Assembly (NCBI GenBank): GCA_002189035.1
Contig: NEEC01000030.1
Location: 62,001-126,000, forward strand
Length of the DNA stretch: 64,000 nt
Reading direction: 5' to 3'
DNA from: Utricularia gibba
Lineage: Eukaryota > Plantae > Magnoliophyta
Position 1 is the first letter of the stretch. Every line of letters starts with the position of its first letter. Positions 48,364 to 59,731 of this stretch are shown here, piece by piece. The notes under the pieces were generated by a model. That model saw only the letters and a list, made by a program, of their open reading frames with translations, was not told the DNA's origin and ran no database searches. Both the position numbers and the translations under genes were made by a program.

Positions 48364-49191
48364 TCAATGGGGAGGCGAGAAATGCATAATATAAGCATCA
48401 GCAAGTAATCGGCCCAAATGTACTTGGGCCTGAGTGGTGAGATGAAGATGATCTTCCTTAAGGGGCAGCCCATATGCGTCAACAGTTACCACATTCTCCA
48501 AATCAATTCCTTTCTGGATCTTTCTGATTTCAGCAATGTACGGCTCCGTTCCAGATGCAATTGCCACCTGTAAATATTTTAATTTCCAGGTAATTGTAGT
48601 GTAGTTTGCGTGAGTTTACAGAATTCTTTTTTATACATTTACCTGAATAAAAGGGAGACAAGGCAAGCCCAGATCTTGGCGAATATTGCGAACAAGTCCT
48701 TCCAGATTCCGCTTATAACGATCCACATCATGCTGCGACGTCGTATCGCTCTCCCCCTGGTACCACAAGACTGCCCTAATCTCGCCGCCGCCGGCTGCTA
48801 ACGCCGCTATCGCTCTACGGATCATGTTTTCATACAATTCCTCGCCGCGGGCCCACTCCTTGATCGCGGTACCTCCGATGGCACAGGGGACCAGCGCCAC
48901 GGTGCCGCCTACCCGGCCCAACACCGCGTTGGCGAACGCCATTCCCGGCCCAACACCGCACGTCTTCTTGATGTCGATATCGCGATGGAGAGGCTCGTGA
49001 GCTACCTCCCAGCGTAGATCGGCGCTGAGGCGGAAGATCCTGCGGTCGTCGGCTGCGCATTCAGGCGGCACAATGCCATTCCAATGGCGATGTTTATCGA
49101 CACCGCCGCGGCCAGCCATGTTACTCTGACCGGATAATATGAAAATCTGCTTAGCGCCGCCGCCATGGGTCGCGCTTGAGATCTCCTCCAT
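48364..49191 (-). CDS. Probable carbohydrate esterase (SGNH / SASA, CE6-like; At4g34215-type), ~250 aa
   Basis: Exons 49191-48643 and 48567-48364. Motifs IFILSGQSNMAGRGG, CAIGGT, LWYQGESD and DHLHL (catalytic Ser, Asp, His). An upstream in-frame ATG at 49278 is possible. Confidence 0.92.
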
Positions 49192-49597
49192 TAATGAAAA
49201 ACTTCGATTGGGGTGAGATAGATAGTCCCTGCCTTGGACCGGTGAATGGTTTTTTTTTTCGTAATGTACTAGATGCATCGGAAGGGTTCAGCATGGGTCG
49301 AACGTTCGATTAGAGTCATACTAGTTAAAAGCGAGCCAGTTAACTTGTCAGGTCCAATGTGTCACGAGTTCACTCTTGACTTTAAACATTTGATGATACA
49401 AGATAAAAATCATTCATTATCTTGAATCATGAAGATTAAGATATTATAATCAGAATAATTATAAATGAAAATTTATACTTAGCTAAATAGAATCACACTA
49501 GTGATATAATATGAAAAAAGATAGAAGAAAAAATTGTTATTAGCACTTTCATTAATAGTTCCACAAGCATATAATTCAAAAACAATGAAATTTACTC

Positions 49598-50124
49598 TGT
49601 TATGGGTGAAATCGGTATCCGGTGAGAGGCCGATTTTAGGTGATAGGCGCGGTCGAGAATGCCACACTTAGTCACCTTCTTCACGGTTGGTACGATTAAA
49701 ATAAGAGTGAGCAAGGATTTTTTACGTGGAAACTGCCGGAGAGCGGAAAAACTACGGAGCTGCCGGAACTCGCCGGAAAAGAGTTTCACTAGACGGAGGT
49801 CGCGAAAAGGAGAATACAACTTGAAGAAATCTTTTGAGTCCAACCCCCTTTCATCATAATTCCTCCTATTTATAGGAGAGCTCACTCTGACCGAATTCTG
49901 GTGTCTGCAAATATCGGTTGCTTTCTGCTCCTGCTATACGATCTCGCTTTTCAGATATCGGCCGCCTGTCATGCTGTAATTCGGCCGCTTTTCAGATTGT
50001 GTCATATGGCCATACCTGTCAGATTTCTGACAGATGTCGATCTGTCGTCTAGCGTTATCCCCTCGGGATCTCTTTTGGCAGCCTTCTAGGAACCGATTAT
50101 ATCCGACCGGTTTATCCCCTATCA
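49598..50124 (-). repeat. Retand 3' LTR (527 bp)
   Basis: About 19 substitutions and 2 small indels versus the 5' LTR by manual count (~3.7%). TATAAATA on the minus strand at 49867-49874. Confidence 0.95.
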
Positions 50125-50345
50125 TTCAGCCCCTCTGATTTGTCGATATTGGCCCTTCCGGGATAAATCGGGGAATTAGAATCACCACAATGCCGACTTC
50201 CAAGGTGCCACCTTGTTCGCATGAGCCACAAACCGCTTTGTTCCGATATCTCTGCCACGCGTCAGCTCATAAACACACCACGTTTTTTCCCGCCCACCCG
50301 GGGTACCTGAAATGTCGTGTCACTTCGTCTCCCGACTTCTTCCAT

Positions 50346-50352
50346 TATAAAT
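50346..50352 (+). promoter_or_regulatory. Candidate TATA box of the antisense gene
   Basis: TATAAAT followed by a pyrimidine-rich leader, a candidate 5'UTR intron at 50473-50603, and aaaATGG at 50633. Confidence 0.5.
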
Positions 50353-50632
50353 ATCCGCACCCCTTGTCATTTCTCCCCTTTGCTTTCTTCGTTCGCTCAT
50401 GAGATTCCAGTGCCCTTTGAACTCCGCTGTGCTTGCCGCCGTGTTATCCACCGGAGATTATAGATTTCTCAGGTATCCGCTCCTTCTCTGTGTCTTTTTG
50501 CATCCCTACAGTTGCTTAACTCTCCTTTAGATCTTCGGGAACTTTGACGGGTAGTTACTGCCCTCCTGAGTCTTTTCCCTTTCTGACTTCCGCCTCGTCC
50601 TAGGGTTTGGGGCTTCTTTTGATTTTTCGAAA

Positions 50633-52885
50633 ATGGGTAGAAGATCTAGTGAACTTGACATCCCATCTCTGCGCATTCGGTATTCAATTCCTGATGAGTA
50701 TCAGATTTCTCCTGCTCGGGATGCCGAAATCCCTTGGGGGATTGGCGAGGCCCCTCTACCTCCATTCAGTCTTCCGATTCCATTAGCCTATTTCGAGAGT
50801 GGTTTACGCTTCCCACTCCATCCTTTAATAGTCCGCTTTCTCTCCACCTTTGCGATTCCACTTTACTGCCTCGCCCCGAATTCTATATTCTGCTTCACCA
50901 CCTTCCTTTTCTATTCGGCCAGTATGGACCCGGTTATGACTCTGGTAGACTTCCTCCATCTCTTCAAGATTGCCGTGCGTAAAGCGAAGTCCCCGATGGA
51001 TGGACGATCTCATTTTCAATTCCGCCGGTTTGAAGATAACCCCAACTTTGTCGTTAAAGCCCCCGATACCCATCATGATTGGTGGTCCTCTTTTGTTTGG
51101 GTAGCTCCCCCTTTGGGTTTTCGGTGGAACTTCCCATTCGATCCTCCAACTCCTTTCAGGGTTAAAATCTTCGGTGCGTATCAGTCTTCTTCCGAATCTC
51201 GTGAAGTTCTTTACGAGAGGCTCAGTCGAGGCTGGTTCGGTACGAGTCTCGTGCCTTGATGTTCTTGGGTGTGTCGCTGAAAAGATCAGGTATTATCGGT
51301 CGCTCTCGAGACCCCACTGGCCCGATATTATTTCTTTCGGTGGCACCGATTCGAGAAACCTTCATCTTAGCCCATCTCCATCCCTTCCTCTTGTTTCTGC
51401 CTCATCTCCGATTCCCCACCTGTTCAAACCGGGGCCCACAAGAAAAAGAAGAGGGTTAAGGCGCTTGCGCATAAACCCTCAAAGAGGCAAAGAGGTAGTT
51501 GGGTTCAGCTTCCCCGAGTCTTAGAATCGGCATTATGCCTTATTGCTTTTCCTACTTTCGTCTTCAGTTGAAGAGATGGCTCGAAGAAGCTCCCTGGAAG
51601 ATTCGGTAATGGCGCGGTTCTCCGCCGAGATGCAGAGGATGCAGGAACCCGAGATGCCCTCCCCTGCACAGGTTTATCTTATTCCTGATGGCCCGTTGCT
51701 AAGAGTATTTGGTTCTAACTTTTTAACTTTTTTTCCAGGCCGATTCACCCTCAGCTCACTCAGATGTTGCTGGTCACCTCCTAGAGGGTCAAGTGGTCGA
51801 GGTTCCCGGAACTCGGGAACCAACTCCTCCTCCGTCTGGAAAAGGAAAAGAAAGGCTCCCGCCTGCACCGATATCCGATAATGATCCGGCTCCCGGCATT
51901 GGGCGGATCTCGGCTGGGGCTTCTACCTCGGTCCCTCCTAGTGACATAGGGGGAATTTCATCCCCTCCGACCCGGGTGAGGGAGGATCCTGCCTTTCCCC
52001 CTTCTTCCTTCCCCTTAGGGCTACAAAAAGCCTTAAAAGAGGCCACTCCCAACCTTGCGGGAATTCAACCAGAGGTTGTACTCAAAGGGATTTGGCAGGT
52101 ATTCCCTCTTCCTTCTTCTTTTCTTCTTCTCTCTCTCGGGTAAGCAAATATATCTGATTCCTCGCTCGCCGATTTCATCATAGGCTTTGACCTTTGGATG
52201 GGGGATGGCCAAAGAGATGGGATCCCATTATGAGGAAGTCTCTCGGCTTCAAGCTCAAATCACGGCTCAGGATGCCAAGATATAGTCGTTAGGGGAAGAA
52301 GGGAGCGCATTGAGGTGCATACTCGGGAAGCGTACATGCCGAGAAGAGGAGTTGCAGACCCTGGTTAATGAAATGGGGAAGGCAATTGATGACGCCAACT
52401 CCGAGAAAGAAGGCTTCAAAGTGCAACTCGAGGAGACTGAGGCGGAGCTTAAACAAACCAAGGATCGCGTATCGGCCCTGGAAGCAGAGCTACACAACCA
52501 GGAAGCATCTCGCGGAAGACTTTTGGAGGACTTCGTGAACTCGGCCTGCTTTTTCGAATTATCGGATGTCTATGCCGGAGACTTAATCGGCCTCATTCTA
52601 TTCCACCAAAGTCGATAGTTCAGTCGGGAGTTCGGGCTTTCAATTTTGGATTCGTGGTTCGATAGGATAAATCCCTTGACGAAGGATGAGAACATGCTAG
52701 ACGTTATCGCAGATACGTTCCAGGCCCCGAAAATTGGGTTTGGAGCTGATCGGGAGCGGCTGATGGCACTGATTCGGGCGAGGATAGGGCGAGAGAATGA
52801 TGCCAAACTGAGAGCGAGGATGAAACGTCATACCGGTTCCTCTGCCAATCCTCCTGTTAATCCCCCATCTCCTCCTGCACTTTAA
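50633..52885 (+). pseudogene. Antisense extra gene of the Retand element: Transposase_28 (PF04195)-like N-terminus, Pro/Ser-rich linker, coiled-coil C-terminus; intron-containing
   Basis: YFESGLRFPLHPLIVRFL...LAPNS fits the putative gypsy-type transposase pattern. Introns 51672-51738 and 52099-52183 join the ORF pieces in frame. Lesions: a frameshift near 51240 and in-frame TAGs near 51522, 52283 and 52616. Confidence 0.75.
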
Positions 52886-53691
52886 TGACTTTTTTGACTT
52901 AGTGTATTTTCCCCCTACTGTGGGGTTTCTTGAACATTTTTGATATTCCGGTTCGAGATTTCCCTCTAATTTACACTCTTTTTTGCGCATCACTTTTGCC
53001 TCTAATGATATCATATTTCGGGGGAAGCCCCGAGTCGGTTTGTTATGTCTATTACGTACTTAGACTTGGAAGGTTTGCCTATGCTTTTGTGACCCGAGGG
53101 AGGGTATCTCTTCACCAACCCTTTGGTTTGGGCTTTTTGATTCCAGTTTGCCTTAGTATTTCCTCATGTGGGCTGAACCGCCGCTAGGGAAGTAGGCCGG
53201 AACCCCTCATGGGTTGAGCGACCTCCCCAATTCGAAAGGGCCCTCTTCTGGCCGAATCCCATTGTTTTGAACATGAGTAGATTTGCTTTGGGTGCTCCTG
53301 TCGTCTCGAGATTTTGACAGTAAGGTCAATACTTAAGGGCTTTTCAGGGCTTACGCATGCGGTTTACGGGAACCGGTGACCGAATTGTACCAGGGCTTAT
53401 TCTTGCTACTGATGCCTGGGTTGATGGGTCACATATATATATCGGGGGAGACCCCGAGTCGATTTGCTGTATCCCGTGGAGGACGCCGATTTAGAAGATT
53501 CGCCTGGGCTTATGTTACTTGGCCAGAGCTTTAGATCTTTGATGGTCTGCTTGGGCTTACGTGATTCGGCCAGGGATTGTGGTTTTGTTTACCCATCTCC
53601 ATTTCGGAGGAATTCATAGGCGCGTGAGCATTTTGGGGAAGAGAATGCCGAATCTTGCGTAATCCTGTGACAGAGATTGATATTGAGTCGG

Positions 53692-56600
53692 TTAGGCGTA
53701 GAACTTCCTTAAATGCGATGCATTCCACGACCTTGGGAGTTCCACGCCACCTAATTGTTCCAGGTGATATGCTCCTTTTTCGATCACCCTTGAAATCCGA
53801 TAAGGGCCTTCCCAATTGCGGTCTAATTTCCCGACGTGTCTCTGTGCTTGGATGCTTCGGAGCACCAAATCTCCTTCGGAGAACTCCCTTGGGGATACCG
53901 AGTTGTTGTAACTCTTCTCCGTTCTTCTCTGATAAGCCCCTAGTTGGCTATAGATGCTTTGTCGCTTCTCTTCCAACAGCTCCAATTCCAGTTTTCAGAG
54001 GTCAGTATTTTCGTCTTCATTATAATGCTCCACCCGGTAGCTCTTCAGGGTCAGTTCGATGGGGCATATGGCTTCTGAACCATAAACCAATAAGAATGGT
54101 GGTTCGAGGGGTAGTGCGATATGACCACAGTACCTCGTCCAAGCGATCTGCCCATGACCCCCCAAAATCTTCGAGCTTAGTCTTCATACCTAGTCGGAGC
54201 GTTCGGTTCGTTAACTCTATGAGGCCATTGCTTTGCGGGTGATATACCGAGGTGAAGTTGTACTTGACCAAATATTTATCCAGGAATGCGTCCATTTTTC
54301 CTCTGGCGAATTGGGTTCCGTTATCAGTCACTAGCTCCTGAGGAATTCCAAACTGAATGAAGATGTTTTTCCATAGTAATCAGATACCGATATCTTTGCC
54401 ACGGCTTCAGCCTCTACCCACTTGGAGAAATATTCGACATCCACGATGACGAATTTCCTTTGACCCGAGGTGTGGGGGAACGGCCCCATAATGTCCACCC
54501 CCATCGGTCGAAGGGGCAGGAGAGTGGGAGAGAGGTCAGGTTACTTACTGGTTTCCTCGGTATATTTGCATGGTATTGACATACTTTGCACTTCTTCACC
54601 ATTTCGGTAATATCCTGCTTCATAGTTGGCCAGTAATACCCGGTTCTCAGAACTTTCCTGCATAGGGATTGTATTCCAATATGGCTGCCGCATTCCCCCT
54701 CATGTAGATCGGTTATGAGTTCTTGAGAATGCTTTGCCCCGATGCACCTCAATAGGGGTCCATCTAGGGATTTGCGATAGAGAATTCCATTCACTAATGT
54801 ATACCTCTTCACTCTAGTCTCCAACTATCGGGCTTTTGACTTATCAGGTGGGGTTTTCCCGTTTTGTAAATACCGGATGTAGGGCGTCGTCCAGTCATCA
54901 AGGGGACTCAGCTGTGAACAGATATCGCTTTCTGGTTGCTGGGTAATATGATTCATGACTCGTAAGCTTACCGAGGGTTGGTTCCGCAGCCGAATAGTCA
55001 CACTTCCTTCCCTTAACTCGTGAAACCCTGCTGCGAATCGGGCGAGGCTATCCATGGACCCGTTTTTCTAACGAGCTACGTGCGACAGGGTGAATTCCTT
55101 GAAGGTTTTAGCCAATTCCCTCACCTGAACACGGTACAGAGCCATGAGGGAGTCATGGGTTTCGTATTCTTTCGAAAACTGCCCTTGCACAAGTCGCGAA
55201 TCGGTGTAAACGTCGAGTTCTGCCACTCCCAACTCCTTGGCAATTTTCATTCCCTCAATCAGGGCTTCATATTCGGCCACATTGTTGGAGGCAGGGAATA
55301 AGAATTTCACCATAATATAAATATGCTCTCCTTCTTGGGTCCTAATGTCTATTCCTCCTCCGGTGCCGTTGTATGTTGAGCCATCCACGTACATAGCCCA
55401 TTGGTCATTGGCTTCCAAGAAACGGTCTATAGGCCTGGTCATTTCGACCACAAAATCAGCAAGAGGTTGGGCCTTGATTGCTGTTCTCGACTTAAACTCA
55501 ATATCCATTGTACTTAATTCAACTGCCCATTTGGCAACCCTTCCGGAAATCTCTGGACGAGACAGGATGTTCTTCAGAGGCTGATTGGTGAATACCACAA
55601 TGTGCCGATCTTGGAAATATGACCTCAATTTGGTGGCCGCCATCTTCAGAGCCAAGATGAATTTTTCTGTCACCGTATAGCGGGTTTCGGCCAGTAACAA
55701 AACTTTGCTCACATAATACACCGACAAGTGATTATCTGCCGAGATGGTTGTCAAGACTGCGCTGACTGCAATGGGCGATATAGACAGATATAGTCCTAAG
55801 GGCTCCCCTGCCTTCAGAGCCACAAGAAGCGGGGGTGATGAGAGATATTCCTTGAGTTTCTCAAAAGCAATCCGGCAATCCTCGTTCCATTCTAAAACGC
55901 TTCCCTTTCGCAAGACCTTGAAGAAGGATGTCGACTTATCGACCGACCGAGATATGAAATGGCTGAGGGCAGCCAATTTACCCGTGAGGCTTTGGTACTC
56001 CTTGATTGTCCTCGGGGGTTGCATTCCGCATATTGCCTTAATCTTCTCGGGGTCAGCCTCGATTCCTCTCTCCGATACGTAATACCCAAGGAATTTTCCA
56101 CTTTGCACTCCGAAGCAACATTTCAATGGGTTGAGCTTTAACCCGAATGACCGACATAAAGAGAAACACAAATCCAAATACGCTAAATGGTCTTCTTCAT
56201 TCATAGATTTCACGATCATATCGTCCACATACACCTCCATTGAGGTACCGATTTCAGAAGAGAATATTTTATTTACCAACCTCTGGTAAGTCGCACCAGC
56301 ATTCTTCAATCCGAAAGGCATTGCCACGTAGCAGTAAACCCCATCCTTAGTGTAGAAGGTGGTTTTCGGTTGGTCTTTCTCTGCAACGAAAATTTGATGA
56401 TACCCCGAATAGGCATCCATGGTGCTCAGAAATTGGGATCCGGCAATGGCGTCCACTAGCTTGTCGATCTTTGGCAAAGGATAAGGGTCCCTTTCACAGC
56501 AGGCGTTGAGGTCGGTGAAGTCAATGCACACCCTCCATTTTCCTCCGGGTTTTGGGACGACGACCGGGTTGGCTACTCATTCGGAGTACTGGATCTCCTT

Positions 56601-59117
56601 CACATAACCAGCTTCCAAAAGCTCTCTTGTTTTTTCTTTGATGATTCGGCACTTTTCCTCTGAGAAATGTCGTTGCTTCTGCCGAACCGGTTTTGCCCCC
56701 GGGTAGGTATCAATGTGATGTTCGGTGACGGATCGATCAATGCCTACAAAATCCGCAGCAGTCCAAGCAAAAATATCGGTGTTCTTCATCAAAAGTTCAA
56801 CTAACCTTTTTTCGAATCCAGCGTCTAGATTGGCACCGATGCGGGTGGCTTTCTGCGCATCTTTTGGTATTAGTTGCACCGACTTGTACCTACTGGTTCC
56901 ATTGCTTGTCCAGGGGGTTCCCGGGGTTCCTTTTCTACCATCATCACTCTCGAGTTTTTCGCGCAGGGGTCCTGACAGGAAGATACATAACAAGACCGGG
57001 CGGTTGGTTGGTCGATACCCATTGTGCAAATGCCCTTCGATGTTGGGAATTTGATTTTCAAATGCACAGTGGAGGGTAGCATACCGAATTGGTTGTTGCC
57101 GGGTCGCCCGAGGATGATGTTGTATGAGATCTCTGAATCCAGGATTAAGAATTTTAACCTCTCGGTTTGGCTCTGCCCTGCCGCTCCGAATGTTACGGGC
57201 AGGGTTATTTTCCTGATAGTTTGCACGGCCCGCTGGTCGAATGCGTACAACTCCATGCGCACATGGCGAATATTTCCCTCGATAGATGACGCTAGTAACT
57301 CGGCCACTTCCTTCTTCATGATGTTGCACGAGGATCCTTGATCGATAAGAATCCTCCTTACCTTGGTGCTCCCACATATTCCTGACACCACCAAAGGCTC
57401 ATCTCTCATGGCTGGGCCAGCCGGGACGTCTTTGTCGGAGAAGCTGATCTCTTCCTTTTCCCAAGCAGCTTTCTCAGTCGGACCATTTCCGATTTCGAAA
57501 ACTTCTCCTCTTCTAGCTTCATCCAAATATCTCTTCCGTTCCTTTCCGGACACATCCATCTCGGTTCCTCCGGATATCATATGGATTTCCCGAATATAGG
57601 GGGGACTACCCTGCATTTGATGGGCACTCCGTGAACTTTCCGGTATGTCTTGTCCTCCTTCAAGTTTCGGTTCCCTATTGGCTCCCGAGTTCGCCATCCC
57701 CGGTTTCGGAGGGAATTTCGGATATCGGTTCCCTTCGTTCCCCGTTCGCTCGTTAGGTCCTCTTTTCCGGTCCGTCATTGATGCGGGGTTCCGCATCGCA
57801 TTGTTCATCCCCCACCAGCATGATATTGCTCGATCATCCTCTTCATCAGTCGGCAATGGGCAGTATCATGCCCGGTGGTCTTGTGTATTTCGCAGTAGGC
57901 ATCTGTTCTGGTTGGTTCCACCTGATATACTTCACGGCGCTTATTCGGCCAAGGCCCCCGGTTAAGTTGGGTCTCCTGCTGTGGGACTGGACGAATCTCC
58001 ACGTGGCTTTTCATCTCGGCCCTGAGGTCGTCGTCCACTCGGATGTACTTCATGATTTTCCTTAGCAATTCTCCGAGATTCTTTGGTGGGGATTTCGATA
58101 GACTCTGTCCCAGTTTCGACGTTCCTAAGGCCCGCTTCATTATTTCAACCCTTTCTTTTAAATCCAATTGGACATCCTACACCAAGCAGTTGAATTGATC
58201 GATGAATCTTCGCAAGCTCTCTTTTCGGTGATCGTACCGAATAGAGTATAGTGATGCCTTTGAAGGTGGAGCTTCAATGTTAACAGCGTATCGGGTAGTG
58301 AAGAGCAGTACTAATTCCCGATAAGATGCCACGCTGTATGGTTCTAACTGTTTAAACCAAGTCTTCGCTCCTTTCTAGAGCGAGCAAGCAAACAGCTTAC
58401 ACTTCATGGCCTCTGAATGTCGAACCGTGGACATCCTCATATCGAAGTCGGTTACATGCGATATGGGGTCCCCTTTTCCGTCATACGTGGGTAATCCGTC
58501 TGGGACTCTGAATCCTCTCTCGGGCTCTTCTCCGACTAAATCATCCGAGAAAGGGTCAAAACACAGCGTTGTGGTTCCAACTACTCCCTCAACTCCACTC
58601 TTCAAGGCCAAAGCAATATCGGCGAAAACATCTCCTCTCCCAGTGGATACGTTCTGATCGAAAACGTCCCTGAAGCCTCTATCCTCTCTTCTCCCTGCCA
58701 ACATCCGCTTGTCGATAAATCTTTTCCTCTCGCGGATCTGGTCTAACTCTCTTTTCAACTCTTCTTCTCTTTCTTCCAAGATTTCTTCTAACTCGCGGAT
58801 CATGTTTTCCCTATAAGCTCCTGGCTCATACTCAACTTGGTTGCGCCTCTTTCTCCGCAGCATCTCCTCTTCGGTTTCGGATTCAGTCTCCGTATCTGGG
58901 GGTACTCCAGAATAAGAGGTTGCTTCGTCGTTCGTGGTGCGGTTTCGGGTGTTCTCTCCTGGGTGTTGGAGTTGAGACCTGAAGGTGCCCAGAGGTCGGT
59001 AAGGATTTCCATTAGCAGGGCCTTCAGTTGCTCCCTGCTAGTGATCATAAGGCCGGGGTCTCGCGCGTCGGCACTTCCGTCATGAGCCGGGTCGGTGGTT
59101 GTGCTATTTTCCGCCAT
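53692..59117 (-). pseudogene. Retand gag-pol (frameshifted): gag, PR, RT, RH, aRH, integrase
   Basis: LPTYDGKGDPISH, ILIDQGSSCNIM, YVDDMIVKS, MYVDGS..NNVAEYEALIEG, LHEGECGSH, TDNGTQF, HPQSNGLIE, KLDRNWEGPY. Confidence 0.93.
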
Positions 59118-59173
59118 GACTCGTGATTAGTGAGTGGCTCCTGTGGGTTTCTCAAATGGGACTGTGGAATGTA

Positions 59174-59191
59174 GCTCCACGGTGGGCGCCA
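59174..59191 (-). promoter_or_regulatory. Primer binding site, tRNA-Lys type
   Basis: TGGCGCCCACCGTGGAGC, 1 mismatch to the complement of the plant tRNA-Lys(CUU) 3' end, 4 nt from the LTR. Confidence 0.82.
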
Positions 59192-59195
59192 AATA

Positions 59196-59711
59196 TGTTA
59201 TGGGTGAAATCGGTATCCGGTGAGAGGCCGATTTTAGGTGATAGGTGCGGTCGGGAATGCCACACTCAGTCACCTTCTACACGCTTGGTACGATTAAAAT
59301 AAGAGTAAGCAATGATTTTTTACGTGGAAACCGCCAGAGAGCGGAAAAACCACGGAGCTCGCCGGAAAAGAGTTTCACTAGATGGAGGTCGCGAAAAGGA
59401 GAATACAACTTGAGGCAATCTTTTGAGTCCAACCCCCTTATCATAATTCCTCCTATTTATAGGAGAGCTCACTCTGACCGAATTCTGGTGTCTGCAAATA
59501 TCGGTTGCTTTCTGCTCCTGCCATACGATCTCGCTTTTCAGATATCGGCCGCTTGTCATGCCGTAATTTGGCCGCTTTTCAGACTGTGTCATATGGCCAT
59601 ACCTGTCAGATTTCTGACAGATGTCGATCTGTCGTCTGGCGTTATCCCCTCGGGATCTCTTTTGGCAGCCTTCTAGGAACCGATTATATCCGACCGGTTT
59701 ATCCCCTATCA
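59196..59711 (-). repeat. Retand 5' LTR (516 bp)
   Basis: Direct repeat of 49598-50124, adjacent to the PBS. Confidence 0.95.
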
Positions 59712-59731
59712 TACTCAAAGGATAATATATA

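Larger units (their letters stand above)
49598..59711 (-). mobile_element. Full-length Ty3/gypsy Tat/Retand retrotransposon (10.1 kb) with TSD TACTC
   Basis: LTRs 49598-50124 and 59196-59711 (TGATAGGGG...CCCATAACA on minus). TSD at 49593-49597 and 59712-59716. PBS complementary to tRNA-Lys. PPT AGAGGGGGCTGAA at about 50125-50137. Domain order PR-RT-RH-aRH-INT, with a long 3' region. Confidence 0.97.

Noticed and set aside
49592-50125. ORFs within the Retand LTRs (also 59245-59741)
   Set aside because: No recognisable domain, and reading frames differ between the two LTR copies because of indels.
51495-51567. A third coding intron in the antisense gene
   Set aside because: A GT donor and a pyrimidine-rich AG acceptor exist, but their phases (0 and 1) do not match in this copy. 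It would need a family consensus to rescue.
59174-59191. tRNA-like sequences (also 16250, 25729, 32121, 61371)
   Set aside because: They are only 12-18 nt primer binding sites next to LTRs, with no cloverleaf.
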